Source of the DNA: Oscillospiraceae bacterium
GTDB lineage: Bacteria; Bacillota; Clostridia; Oscillospirales; Oscillospiraceae
Assembly: GCA_031281255.1 (NCBI GenBank)
Contig: JAITFR010000214.1
Span: forward strand, 7,996-71,995
Direction of reading: 5' to 3'
Length of the DNA: 64,000 nucleotides
Below are positions 47,953 through 57,633 of this stretch, in pieces. Position 1 is the stretch's first letter; every line of letters starts with the position of its first letter. Position numbers and translations under genes: made by a program. Below the pieces are notes generated by a model. It saw only the letters and a list, made by a program, of their open reading frames with translations, was not told the DNA's origin and did not search any database.

Positions 47953-48658
47953 AATCTATCCTTGGTTTAATTGTGCTGATTAAAATTCCTATAGATACTT
48001 TAAACATATAATAAATTGATTTCAGTGGTGAAATTGAGGACACTCCGCCTTGTCTTTCTCGCATTGACACAGGTATTTCAACCACTCGTAATTTGTTTCT
48101 CAGAGCCAGCATATTACTTTCAGGTTCGGGGAAATCCTTAGCATAATAACTGGTAAACAATTTTAATGTTTTTTTGTTTATTGCACGAAATCCGCTTGTA
48201 GCATCTGTGATTCTTTTTCCGCTTAAACAGTATATAAGCATCTTAAAGAATTGAATCCCAACTCTGCGCAAGGTAGATGATTGAAAACCTTCATTGTCGA
48301 TGAACCTTGAGCCAATAACAAGATCAGCTTCTGCCAGATCTATAGGTTTAACAATTGCTTCAATCCAAGATGGATCATGCTGTCCATCTCCATCCACCTG
48401 CACAGCAACATCATAATTATTTCGTAATGCATAGATATAACCGGTCTGAACAGCACCTCCGATTCCGAGATTCATAGGTAAATCTAAAAATGGTATGTTC
48501 TTACTTTGTAATAACTCTTTACACCCATCTGTACTACAGTCATTTACAATAATCACATCATAGGTCGTTTTCTCACGTATCTCATGATAAAGAGTTTCAA
48601 TATTTTCCAATTCATTATAACATGGAACGACAATAAGCACTTTCAATGCAGAGTCCAC
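47936..48658 (-). CDS. GT2 glycosyltransferase (Dpm1/polyprenyl-phosphate sugar synthase-like, no TM)
   Basis: LIVVPCYNELENI, IIVNDCSTDG and VQVDGDGQHDP motifs. A TTG at 48646 preceded by AGGTGG may be the true start. Confidence 0.85.
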   Translation of the reverse strand: MDSALKVLIVVPCYNELENIETLYHEIREKTTYDVIIVNDCSTDGCKELLQSKNIPFLDLPMNLGIGGAVQTGYIYALRNNYDVAVQVDGDGQHDPSWIEAIVKPIDLAEADLVIGSRFIDNEGFQSSTLRRVGIQFFKMLIYCLSGKRITDATSGFRAINKKTLKLFTSYYAKDFPEPESNMLALRNKLRVVEIPVSMRERQGGVSSISPLKSIYYMFKVSIGILISTIKPRIDFDKGD

Positions 48659-48731
48659 CTGTAATCAATTACTTAAAAGTTTCTATTAAACTTACACTTC
48701 GTTTTCAAGTAAAATTACTCATATATATGGA

Positions 48732-49592
48732 TTATTTTACTTTGTAATGGTTATATAAATCTTTATGTTTCCTGACCCAGTCTCTCATATCATTTATCTG
48801 TTCTTTATAAGGCTTTACAATAAAATCAAAGTCATCTCTGGTGTTTAACAATGTTTTATCAATAACATAATCATCGTATGGCTCAACTAGCACATCTGTT
48901 TTATTAAATATATCTTGAAGTAATAAAAGAAGATTGTGTTTATCTATATATTCATTTGGCACAAGGTGATACAAGCCTGACAAATCTTGAATAATCGCAG
49001 CATGAACAGCTCTTGCAAGCTCAATAGTTGTTACGCCATTCCACATTGCTCTTGTAAAACCATTTATTTTGTTTTTTTGATTCATAAACCAATTAAAAAG
49101 ACCTGCTGAGTTCTTTTTAAGATCAGGTCCAATAATTGACATGCGCAATGTTAAATCTTTATTATTATTTATTTCACCTAAAAACTTTGTACGTTCATAT
49201 ACTGTTTCACCGTCTGGAATATCAGACTCTATGTAGCTTCCTTTTTTTCCTGAAAATACACAATCAGTAGATAAATGAATTATTTTAACTGATTTATCTA
49301 TATATTTTCTTTCAAGAAACTTCGGAAGATAAGAGTTTAACAGTATTGCTCTATCCGGTCTTTCGTTAGATTCACCAATCAGAATCCCAATACAATTTAT
49401 TATCACATCCGGTTTAGCTAAATCCAAAGAGTTTGATAAACTTAATATATCTTCTGCATCAATTGATATCATTTTTCCATTTTTTTCTACACTTCGCGAC
49501 ATAGAAATCACATCATAACTACATTCATTTAAATAAGTAGCAAGCACATGACCTGCCATTCCTGTTCCACCCAATACAATTATTCGCTTCAT
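48732..49592 (-). CDS. RmlD-like NAD(P)-dependent sugar-nucleotide reductase (extended SDR)
   Basis: IIVLGGTGMAGHVL and LSTDCVFSGKKGSYIESD...YERTKFLGE match the RmlD substrate-binding family pattern. Confidence 0.75.
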   Translation of the reverse strand: MKRIIVLGGTGMAGHVLATYLNECSYDVISMSRSVEKNGKMISIDAEDILSLSNSLDLAKPDVIINCIGILIGESNERPDRAILLNSYLPKFLERKYIDKSVKIIHLSTDCVFSGKKGSYIESDIPDGETVYERTKFLGEINNNKDLTLRMSIIGPDLKKNSAGLFNWFMNQKNKINGFTRAMWNGVTTIELARAVHAAIIQDLSGLYHLVPNEYIDKHNLLLLLQDIFNKTDVLVEPYDDYVIDKTLLNTRDDFDFIVKPYKEQINDMRDWVRKHKDLYNHYKVK

Positions 49593-49605
49593 GTTTACTT
49601 CATCC

Positions 49606-51039
49606 TTAATGAAAAATCTCTTTGTTATAGAACTTTTTTGTTATATTATACCATCTAATCAATCCAATTAGTAGTATTATAGCAAAAACACTCGCAATAA
49701 TTAACCTAATCAACATCATATCCATTATTATAATTGACACAAATGTTACGCTGATAATAATTGCAGCAGGTATAAACAACTGATGTAATTTAATTGGAAA
49801 GTTTTTAACTACAAATTTAGAAAAAATAAAATGTACTAAAAGTAAACAAAAATACGATGCAACCGAAGATACTGCAGCTCCATAAGCTCCATAATGTGGG
49901 ATAAAAATAAAATTCAATCCTACATTAACACTTGCAGCTATAATAGTAGCAAGTGGTATATAAATAGTTTTTTTTGCGTATACTTCATGTGTTGCACAAA
50001 TTGTATAAAGAAATGTAAAAAAGCCTCCACTCATAACAAGAACCGAGTATGTGATGCCTGAATGATATTCCGGCACAGCAATAATTCTTATAACATCCGG
50101 TAATATTAATAATATTAAAATATAAACACAAAGTATTAACCTTATATAAGTATTAGTTACATCACAAATAGCTTTAGTTTCATTATTCTTTAGTCTATCA
50201 AAATACATAACTGTCCATGAATTATTTATCGCTACCCATAAACCTGTTGGTATTAATGATATACTAAATATATAACTATATACTCCCATTTCACCTTCAC
50301 CAAGCATTTGAAACAGCATATACTTATCAGTTCCAGCTATTAAAATACTAGATATAGAATGAAAAATAATTGGTATAGATATTGGTAAAAAATATTTAAT
50401 GTATTTTATGTTAAATCTACCTTTTGATTCTACTGTTGTTATGACAACGGCGATAGTTCCAATTATTATTGCTGACATAAAGAATCCATAAATATCACCA
50501 AGATAATTTTTAAAAACAAAAATAGTTAAGAGTAATGAAAGTATTAATCTTAACAATGGTATTGACGAACTCCAAAAAACAGCAGATACAGCTTTTTTTA
50601 ACACACGGTTTTTTTCAAGTCTTATCACAGAAAACTGTGACATTGCTGTTTGTAATAGAAATAATGCGGCTATGAATACAGGAAACCCAATAATATTTTC
50701 AAGTAAATTATAAGTTATTAAAACAATGCTCAATATTACCGTAGAAAATAATAAACTCACTATCGATAATGTAAATGAATATGATTTCATTTCCTTTTCA
50801 TTATACTCATTTAAAGCATTATTCATTGAGCTTGCACCTTGCAATCCCATAAATGACAAACATACATTAACCCACAATGAGTATAATGCCATCAGTTCAT
50901 AGTCATCAGGAGATAATATCCTTGCAAGAATTATTATTAGTAAAAAATTTGAACCTTGGTTTAATGCAACACCAACGGTATATATAAAAGAATTTTTTAA
51001 ATAAATATTTTTTTTAAGCATATTTAGCATATGTTTCAA
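49606..51039 (-). CDS. Wzx-like oligosaccharide flippase (MOP superfamily polysaccharide biosynthesis protein)
   Basis: 477 aa with about 12-14 TM helices and no soluble domains. The position is typical, next to GT genes. The stop overlaps the upstream gene. Confidence 0.8.
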   Translation of the reverse strand: MKHMLNMLKKNIYLKNSFIYTVGVALNQGSNFLLIIILARILSPDDYELMALYSLWVNVCLSFMGLQGASSMNNALNEYNEKEMKSYSFTLSIVSLLFSTVILSIVLITYNLLENIIGFPVFIAALFLLQTAMSQFSVIRLEKNRVLKKAVSAVFWSSSIPLLRLILSLLLTIFVFKNYLGDIYGFFMSAIIIGTIAVVITTVESKGRFNIKYIKYFLPISIPIIFHSISSILIAGTDKYMLFQMLGEGEMGVYSYIFSISLIPTGLWVAINNSWTVMYFDRLKNNETKAICDVTNTYIRLILCVYILILLILPDVIRIIAVPEYHSGITYSVLVMSGGFFTFLYTICATHEVYAKKTIYIPLATIIAASVNVGLNFIFIPHYGAYGAAVSSVASYFCLLLVHFIFSKFVVKNFPIKLHQLFIPAAIIISVTFVSIIIMDMMLIRLIIASVFAIILLIGLIRWYNITKKFYNKEIFH

Positions 51040-52283
51040 CCTTCTTCTCGAAACATAAAGTTTATCAGTTTTTTCAATTGTTCGTTGCGTTCGAAATGCT
51101 CATAATAGTATTTTTTCGCTCTCTCTCCCATAGCTATTCGCTCATCTTCTGTCAACATATAAATATCACGTATATTTTTACTTAATGTTTCAATACTATC
51201 TGAAGGTCCGCATAGACCAACATGATTATCATTTATCATCATTGCAGCATCTCCGTCCATCGCGCCTATGATTGGCTTTCCTGCTGCAAAGTATGATTGG
51301 ATTTTTGCAGGGATTCCAAAACTACCTAACTCAGATTTTTTTAATGCAACAATAAATGCATCAGCAATTGCATAATACTTTGGCATATCTGTAACCGGAT
51401 GATAACCCTCAAAGTGGAAGTTATTTTTTAACCCATTTTTCTCAACCATCTCTTCAACATCATTTCGGCTCATACCATCACCAACTATAACCCAGTGTAT
51501 GTTAGTTAGTCCTTCATTAAAACAAATCTTTGCCGCTTGTATCACAATATCAAACGACTGTGCGGGATTTATACTGCCTGTAAATACAATACAAAACTTA
51601 TTCTTGTATTTTTCTTGAATACTCTCGTCAAATAGTTTTTCCTCATGTAGTTTTTCACATGCTTGTGGTATATAAATTATCTTCGAAGAATCTATTTTGA
51701 CATCATTAATTAACATACTTAGCATACCTTCAAATACAGCTATAATACCATCAGCTTTTCTATAATGCCATCTTGATAATTTTGTTATCATATGCTTAAC
51801 AAAATTGCTTTTTATATTCATTACCGCAAACACACTAAATGGCCAATAATCCAGTATATATATTGTCAAAGGTATTTTTGTAAACGCTCTATAAACTATA
51901 GCAGGAAAACTCATAATAACAGGAGATAGTTGGTACATAAGAACTCTGTCATACTTTTTTCCTATAAATGGGAGATAAAACATACAAAAAAATGGCCAGG
52001 ATACAAAGTTTAGCAATATCCTAAACATACTGTTTTTTTTGCCACGTGGGATTTCCCAAACTCTACGTATGTTTATACCATTCCAATTTTCTTTTGTTCG
52101 CTTAAAAAAACCCCAGCTTTTATATACCTTACCATCAGGATAATTAGGAATACCGCAAATAACATCTACATCATATCCTTGCTCAACAAGTCCTCTACAT
52201 ACATCATTAACCCTAAACTCCTCAGGCCAAAAATGCTGAGAAAATACCAATATATGTTTTTTTTCTTTTTTTCTAAATTCCAT
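51036..52283 (-). CDS. GT4 glycosyltransferase (WcaI/WbuB-like)
   Basis: The N-terminus HILVFSQHFWPEEFRVNDVCRGLVEQGYDVDVICGIPNYPDG is characteristic of the WcaI/WbuB subgroup. It has a C-terminal GT-B fold region. Confidence 0.85.
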   Translation of the reverse strand: MEFRKKEKKHILVFSQHFWPEEFRVNDVCRGLVEQGYDVDVICGIPNYPDGKVYKSWGFFKRTKENWNGINIRRVWEIPRGKKNSMFRILLNFVSWPFFCMFYLPFIGKKYDRVLMYQLSPVIMSFPAIVYRAFTKIPLTIYILDYWPFSVFAVMNIKSNFVKHMITKLSRWHYRKADGIIAVFEGMLSMLINDVKIDSSKIIYIPQACEKLHEEKLFDESIQEKYKNKFCIVFTGSINPAQSFDIVIQAAKICFNEGLTNIHWVIVGDGMSRNDVEEMVEKNGLKNNFHFEGYHPVTDMPKYYAIADAFIVALKKSELGSFGIPAKIQSYFAAGKPIIGAMDGDAAMMINDNHVGLCGPSDSIETLSKNIRDIYMLTEDERIAMGERAKKYYYEHFERNEQLKKLINFMFREEG

Positions 52284-53397
52284 ATTTATTTATATACTCA
52301 TATCCGACCATTATATTCTCTTTAACATCACTAAATGAATTATTTGCAGTTGAGTCTATGCTAACTAACTTCCTAATCTTTAATTTAGGATTAAATGTGA
52401 GAATTTCTACAGAAAAATATGATGGTAAAATAACTATATTACTATATTCTGATAATAATATGGAATAATCTATTTTGTCTAACGGATGAGGTTTTAGTAT
52501 AATCATTTCAGCATCATATAGATAATCCTTAATTATTTGTTTGCTTAATTGGAAATAAGAATATTCGTTATTCCTACCATGAATTGTTGTTGTTAAGAAC
52601 ATATCAAAAACAACATCATCATAAAACTTTAAATTATATGCGGTTGCATAGATACTGAAAATTTGTTCTCTTTGTTCATGACTTAGATTATTAACCAGAT
52701 TATCAACCGGAATTACTCTTATTTCTTTTCCTTTTGTCTCAACTACAAGGTCTTTATCACTACTTACTTCTATAGCTCTTATATAACGACATGATCCACG
52801 AATACCATATATTATGCGCATCTTTACAAGAACATTTAATAAATTTGTTATTTTGGGATACTTACCACTTAATGCATTTTTTGCATGTTCAACATAAACA
52901 AGATTATTCAGTTTTTTTCTATATAAATAGAAATTAACTATTGATGTACAATCAGTTATATAAATCTCATCATAATCACACAGGTTTATACCTTTAGGTA
53001 ATTTCACATATTTTGCTCGGTACTGTGATTTAATATACGTTATAAACCCTTTTACCATCTTATAAATACTTACTATAGTTAATCCAATATCAGATACTTT
53101 CTTTATCGAAAATGTACCTTGAGTCTTTAATACATGAGTAAAAGTGTCATGTTTTTGCTCATCGTAATAATATGAGTTCCGAAATATACCACTTTTTGAT
53201 ATTTCCTCAAACATTTCTTTCATACCTTCAGAATTGTTAGTAAGTAATATATCATTCTCATCATTAGAGTTTATAACTTTTAGTATTGTTCTATATAAAT
53301 TATATGGTTTCTCACATATATGCAAATATCTCATATTTATCTCTTGTTTCTTATTATCTGCCTTTAAAGCGGCCAAAACATACCTTTTGACACCCAC
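52273..53397 (-). CDS. Hypothetical protein with GT52-like (bacterial sialyltransferase-like) layout; candidate nonulosonic acid transferase
   Basis: YLHICEKPYNLYRTILKV resembles the GT52 N-terminal block. ILKPHPLDK supplies the sialyltransferase HP motif. At the position of the D/E-D/E-G motif the sequence reads VYVEHAKN. The start is ambiguous (GTG at 53397 or ATG at 53334). Confidence 0.5.
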   Translation of the reverse strand: MGVKRYVLAALKADNKKQEINMRYLHICEKPYNLYRTILKVINSNDENDILLTNNSEGMKEMFEEISKSGIFRNSYYYDEQKHDTFTHVLKTQGTFSIKKVSDIGLTIVSIYKMVKGFITYIKSQYRAKYVKLPKGINLCDYDEIYITDCTSIVNFYLYRKKLNNLVYVEHAKNALSGKYPKITNLLNVLVKMRIIYGIRGSCRYIRAIEVSSDKDLVVETKGKEIRVIPVDNLVNNLSHEQREQIFSIYATAYNLKFYDDVVFDMFLTTTIHGRNNEYSYFQLSKQIIKDYLYDAEMIILKPHPLDKIDYSILLSEYSNIVILPSYFSVEILTFNPKLKIRKLVSIDSTANNSFSDVKENIMVGYEYINKYGI

Positions 53398-53424
53398 TTT
53401 TGGCCCACTATATAGCTTTACCCA

Positions 53425-54576
53425 TCACTTAACTGCTTCTATTACACATTCTATCACATACTCTACTTCATTGTCAGTCATCGACTGGTGCAGTGGTATT
53501 GTTATCATCTTATCATACGCATCTTCAGCTATCGGACATATACCACTCTTGTAACCTATTTTTTTATAATACGGCATTAAATAAACCGGTATATAATGTA
53601 AGTTCACGCCAATATTCTTATCTGTAAGTGTCTTAAATACACCGTCTCGTTTTGATTTATCATTAACACGGATTGTATATAAATGACGCACAGGGTCACT
53701 CCACTGTGGACTTTTTTGAACCTTTATTGGTAAACCTTCAAATGCAGTGTTATATTGCTCAACTATTTCATGTCTGCGTTTCGCAAATCTATCCAGTTTT
53801 TTTAATTGACTTACACCTAAAGCACATTGAAAATCAGTAAGACGGTAATTATACCCCAAGTCCAACATTTCATAATACCATGTGCTGTATTCAAGTTCTT
53901 CGCTGTTCTTATAAGGGTATGAATATTGTGTTTTATCTCGTGTTATACCATGTGTTCTGAAACGTAAGAGGGATTTATACATTTCTTCATCGTTTGTTGT
54001 AATCGCTCCACCTTCACCTGTCGTGATTGTTTTTACAGGGTGAAACGACCAAATTTGTTGCCCTTGATACTCGCCGGCATACTTACCATTTATCTTACTT
54101 CCAAGACTATGAGCGCAATCATGTATTATCTCAAGTCCGTGAAAATCAGCAAGTTTAGATAGCTCGTCCATATTACATATTTCACCACCGTAATCAACAG
54201 GGATGATTGCACGAGTTTTCTTTGTTATGGCTTTTTTTATGATATCTATATCAATCAGCATTGTATCTTCATCAATATCAACAAATACAGGTTTTCCACC
54301 GCAATATAATACACAGTTAGCAGAAGCTGCAAATGTAATCGGTGTTGTAATAACTTCATCATCCGGTTTTAGGTTTAAATTCATGGTTGCTATATGAAGT
54401 GCGGCTGTTCCGTTAGCAACAGCAACAGCATATTTAGAACCGGTTACTTTTTTTAGTTCATCTTCAAACTCCAAGACCTTAGGTCCTGTTGTAAGATAAC
54501 CGCTCTTTAGTGTTTCAACAACAGCGGTTATATCATCCTCTTCAATACATTGTGTTCCATATGGTATGTAGTTCAT
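53425..54576 (-). CDS. pseC: UDP-4-amino-4,6-dideoxy-N-acetyl-beta-L-altrosamine transaminase (PseC; DegT/DnrJ/EryC1 family)
   Basis: IPYGTQCIEEDDITAVVETLKSGYLTTGPKV is the PseC-type N-terminus. The PLP-lysine region is SFHPVKTITTGEGG. Confidence 0.85.
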   Translation of the reverse strand: MNYIPYGTQCIEEDDITAVVETLKSGYLTTGPKVLEFEDELKKVTGSKYAVAVANGTAALHIATMNLNLKPDDEVITTPITFAASANCVLYCGGKPVFVDIDEDTMLIDIDIIKKAITKKTRAIIPVDYGGEICNMDELSKLADFHGLEIIHDCAHSLGSKINGKYAGEYQGQQIWSFHPVKTITTGEGGAITTNDEEMYKSLLRFRTHGITRDKTQYSYPYKNSEELEYSTWYYEMLDLGYNYRLTDFQCALGVSQLKKLDRFAKRRHEIVEQYNTAFEGLPIKVQKSPQWSDPVRHLYTIRVNDKSKRDGVFKTLTDKNIGVNLHYIPVYLMPYYKKIGYKSGICPIAEDAYDKMITIPLHQSMTDNEVEYVIECVIEAVK

Positions 54577-55128
54577 TTATTTAACCGCTCCAAAAATCAA
54601 ATTGTCTTGCCATTTATCATTTTCATTGATGCGTAGTTGTTTTCTTTGTCTACCTTCAAGTATAAACCCTGCTTTTTCCAAAGCCTTTTTACTGCCAACA
54701 TTCTCTTCAAATAAACCCGCTTGAACACGGTGAAGTCCTAATACATCAAATGCATAATCTTTTACCAATTTAATAGCTTCTGTAGCTATTCCTTTACCCC
54801 AATAGTTGCAATCACCTATGAAATAACTAACATCAGCGTAATTGTAGTGCGGATGAATAGGTCCAAGTTTTATATTTCCAATATGCGTGTTATTATCGCA
54901 ATAAATAATCGCAAATAAAATTGAATGATCACTTTTATGTATCTCACTTACAAAACTGATTATTTTCTCGAGTGTTTGCTCTGTCCAACGTGTTTCTAAG
55001 TATTTATTTACGTTTGGGTCATTTAACCATGATAAATATATAGTATTACAATCGTTTTCTCTGCATTCACGTAAAATAACTGTCTCCCCCTCAAGAACCA
55101 CATTTTTATCAATCACATTTAACCTCAC
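54577..55128 (-). CDS. GNAT family N-acetyltransferase (RimJ/RimL-like)
   Basis: WGKGIATEAIKLVKDYAF..LGLHRV and KALEKAGF blocks are typical of the Acetyltransf_3 family. Confidence 0.85.
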   Translation of the reverse strand: MRLNVIDKNVVLEGETVILRECRENDCNTIYLSWLNDPNVNKYLETRWTEQTLEKIISFVSEIHKSDHSILFAIIYCDNNTHIGNIKLGPIHPHYNYADVSYFIGDCNYWGKGIATEAIKLVKDYAFDVLGLHRVQAGLFEENVGSKKALEKAGFILEGRQRKQLRINENDKWQDNLIFGAVK

Positions 55129-55129
55129 A

Positions 55130-56263
55130 TCAAACTACTGTGTCCCACAACTTCATATCAGGTAATTCTTCACCTGTTTTTATATCTTTTCTATCAAATC
55201 CCCAATTTATAACAGCTGTATCAAGTAGCATATTCTCAAACTCATCTTCAGTGATATCGAAAGTTCTTAAAAATCCATCTAATGAAGTAGGACGTTTACC
55301 ATCATATTTCTCAACCATACGAAGACCAACTTCACGATCCAGTTCACCATTACGTATATCAATACATACCAAATGATTTGTTCGTCCATGTCCTCGTTTT
55401 ATATATTTACAATAATCACGTACTCCCTGCCACCTGCATTCTATTTTTTCATAATCATATTCAGGCGGAATACCTTCAACTTGAATACCTTCCCAGTTTA
55501 GTTCACGTTTAATTGTCTCTACATTCTTTTTTGTGTGCCATTTAATATAGTTACCAAGATAAATAGCTCGCACACCAACACGTTGTAGTTCCTCTTTGCT
55601 TGGAAACTCAAATGTTTCTAAATCTCGTCTGCTGACTTCTCCCTTTAAAAGTTCAAACATCTTATCTGCATTTATACCAAGATTTACAGCCTGATTAAAG
55701 ATACTCTCATCAAACTCTTCTACTTCTTCAGCAGTGCGATACGACCTATACTCAGATGATGATTCTCCCCAAATAACTAATGGAATATCATGTATTACAG
55801 CAATTTGCATTGTATGTGCAAAAACACCCGTATGGCAATGCCAGCAAAAATCCCCTGTGTTTTGAAGTGATGCTAACATTAACATTTTAACTACTTTCCA
55901 GCTGGATCTAAACTCAAGTACATCTACACCTAATTTCTTAAAAACCTTATTGTTATTTTTTTCTACTATTGGTCTGTACCCCCAGTGGTTATAACGTACA
56001 ACCAATGGTTTTAAACCCAATTCTTTTATTATAAACCATAGCTGATATACGCTGTCTTTTCCTCCGCTATAAGGTACAATACAATCATACTGTCCTTTGT
56101 CACGGTAAAATGAAACTATATTGTCCAGGGTTTTGCGTCGTTCATTCCAATCAATTCTTTCATGTTTTACTTCAGATTGTTTGCAAATGTTACAAACTCC
56201 GTCTTCATCAAACACAATAGATTCATGACTTTCAGGCAAAACACATTTTTTACAATATTTCAT
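55130..56263 (-). CDS. N-acetyl sugar amidotransferase (PP-loop ATPase; PseA/WbpG-like)
   Basis: The N-terminal CKKCVLPES...DEDGVCNICK zinc-ribbon pattern is followed by the PP-loop VPYSGGKDS. Confidence 0.85.
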   Translation of the reverse strand: MKYCKKCVLPESHESIVFDEDGVCNICKQSEVKHERIDWNERRKTLDNIVSFYRDKGQYDCIVPYSGGKDSVYQLWFIIKELGLKPLVVRYNHWGYRPIVEKNNNKVFKKLGVDVLEFRSSWKVVKMLMLASLQNTGDFCWHCHTGVFAHTMQIAVIHDIPLVIWGESSSEYRSYRTAEEVEEFDESIFNQAVNLGINADKMFELLKGEVSRRDLETFEFPSKEELQRVGVRAIYLGNYIKWHTKKNVETIKRELNWEGIQVEGIPPEYDYEKIECRWQGVRDYCKYIKRGHGRTNHLVCIDIRNGELDREVGLRMVEKYDGKRPTSLDGFLRTFDITEDEFENMLLDTAVINWGFDRKDIKTGEELPDMKLWDTVV

Positions 56264-56294
56264 TTTTCTATATTCCTCTATTTTTTATCACCAT

Positions 56295-57611
56295 CTAGTT
56301 TAACCGAGCAAATCCTGAATGACAAACTTCACCCTCTAAATACTCAGTTATATCTATATCACAGTTAACAATATCAGCAATTTTCTTAAACACTTTTTCA
56401 CAAGCAATCGAATACTTATCAAGAACATCAAATGTATGAGCATAACTGGCATAAAACCCGGTACCTGCTAGAAAACCTTCTTTGAGCATCTCTTGTGTGA
56501 AATATGTTTTATACGCCAATGGATTATCATAAGAAAAAATAAAGTGACTTAGTGGATGAATTCCACCAACATGAATATCAAGATTTTCTTTTTTTGCTGT
56601 GTTTACCCATATTTCCTGCACTTTTTTTCCTATTTTATCTAAATGCTCACTTACATTATTTTCAATAAAAAACTTTATTGATGCAATAGTTGCTGCCAGT
56701 GCAACTCTTTCAGTCCAATACGTACTACTGATAAAGGTCTCCTGTGTAGCAGACATAACATCTTTTGTGCCGATAATTGCTGCAAGCGGATAGCCATTTG
56801 ACATACCTTTTGCAAATACTGCAATATCCGGAATGATGTCAAACTTTAAGTGGCTACCACCATTACAAATCCTAAATGCTGCTGTAATCTCATCATATAT
56901 TAGTAGAATATTATTTTCTTTTGTAACTTTTCGAATTTTCTCTAAAAATCCATCTTTTGGCATATCGCTTCGAATCGGTTCCATAATAACAGCAGCTATA
57001 TTACCATCGTTTTCTAAAACTAATTTTTCAAAGGCTTCATAATTATTATAACTAAAAATTAAATTTGTCCCTGCTAGACCGGTCGGTACACCTGCCGGTT
57101 CCAACCCTTTGAGGTGTACATCAGCTAGTGCATCACCTTTTGTTAGATTTGCAGCTAAATACCAATCATGCCATCCGTGATAACCACAGACTAAAACAAT
57201 ATCCTTCTTTGTATATGCTCGTGCAATTCTGGTTGCGATAGCCATTGCTTCTCCGCCGGTTTTTGAATACCGTACCATATCTGCCCATTTATGAATATCA
57301 AGTAAAAGCTCAGCAAGTTCTACCTCCTCCGGAGCATTTAACGAACTCATACCACCATTGTCTATAGCTTTTTTTGCAGCATTATCTACTTCATCAACTG
57401 CATAACCTATCACATTAGCACCAACGCCCATTAATGTCATATCGTAATAATGGTTATCATCTAAATCCCACACTTCACAGCCTTTTGCTTTACTATAGTA
57501 TGCAGGCCAAATATCAGGTAGCCACATCTCCGGTCGTTTACTAAGGAGCTGTGTACCACCCGGTATTATTTTTTTTGCTTCTATGTATAAATCTTGCCCT
57601 CTACCCATCAC
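56295..57611 (-). CDS. Class III PLP aminotransferase (glutamate-1-semialdehyde aminomutase-like)
   Basis: SKTGGEAMAIATRIARAYT, ...EPI..., DEITAAFR and FAKGMSNGYPLAA (PLP Lys region) follow the HemL-like pattern. Confidence 0.85.
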   Translation of the reverse strand: MMGRGQDLYIEAKKIIPGGTQLLSKRPEMWLPDIWPAYYSKAKGCEVWDLDDNHYYDMTLMGVGANVIGYAVDEVDNAAKKAIDNGGMSSLNAPEEVELAELLLDIHKWADMVRYSKTGGEAMAIATRIARAYTKKDIVLVCGYHGWHDWYLAANLTKGDALADVHLKGLEPAGVPTGLAGTNLIFSYNNYEAFEKLVLENDGNIAAVIMEPIRSDMPKDGFLEKIRKVTKENNILLIYDEITAAFRICNGGSHLKFDIIPDIAVFAKGMSNGYPLAAIIGTKDVMSATQETFISSTYWTERVALAATIASIKFFIENNVSEHLDKIGKKVQEIWVNTAKKENLDIHVGGIHPLSHFIFSYDNPLAYKTYFTQEMLKEGFLAGTGFYASYAHTFDVLDKYSIACEKVFKKIADIVNCDIDITEYLEGEVCHSGFARLN

Positions 57612-57633
57612 TTTGACCTTTTCATTTATATTG

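Noticed and set aside
47432-47983. 183-aa plus-strand ORF, and many other 60-130-aa ORFs in the track (for example 1663..1851, 3088..3366, 9487..9798, 13536..13895, 14536..14919, 16201..16500, 29538..29792, 42927..43220, 62246..62551)
   Set aside because: All lie antisense to long, motif-supported genes. They have low-complexity, AT-codon-driven compositions (rich in I, L, F, N, K, S) and no SD-like sequences that I could see. They are typical shadow ORFs of an AT-rich genome.
52256-52271. Homopolymeric tracts (T8 then T7 on the plus strand here; another run of 8 at 20144..20151 and at about 52044-52051) as slipped-strand switches in GT genes
   Set aside because: Runs of 7-8 A/T are expected by chance in sequence this AT-rich and encode ordinary Lys-rich stretches. 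There are no G/C homopolymers of 6 or more. I have no basis to call phase variation without population data.
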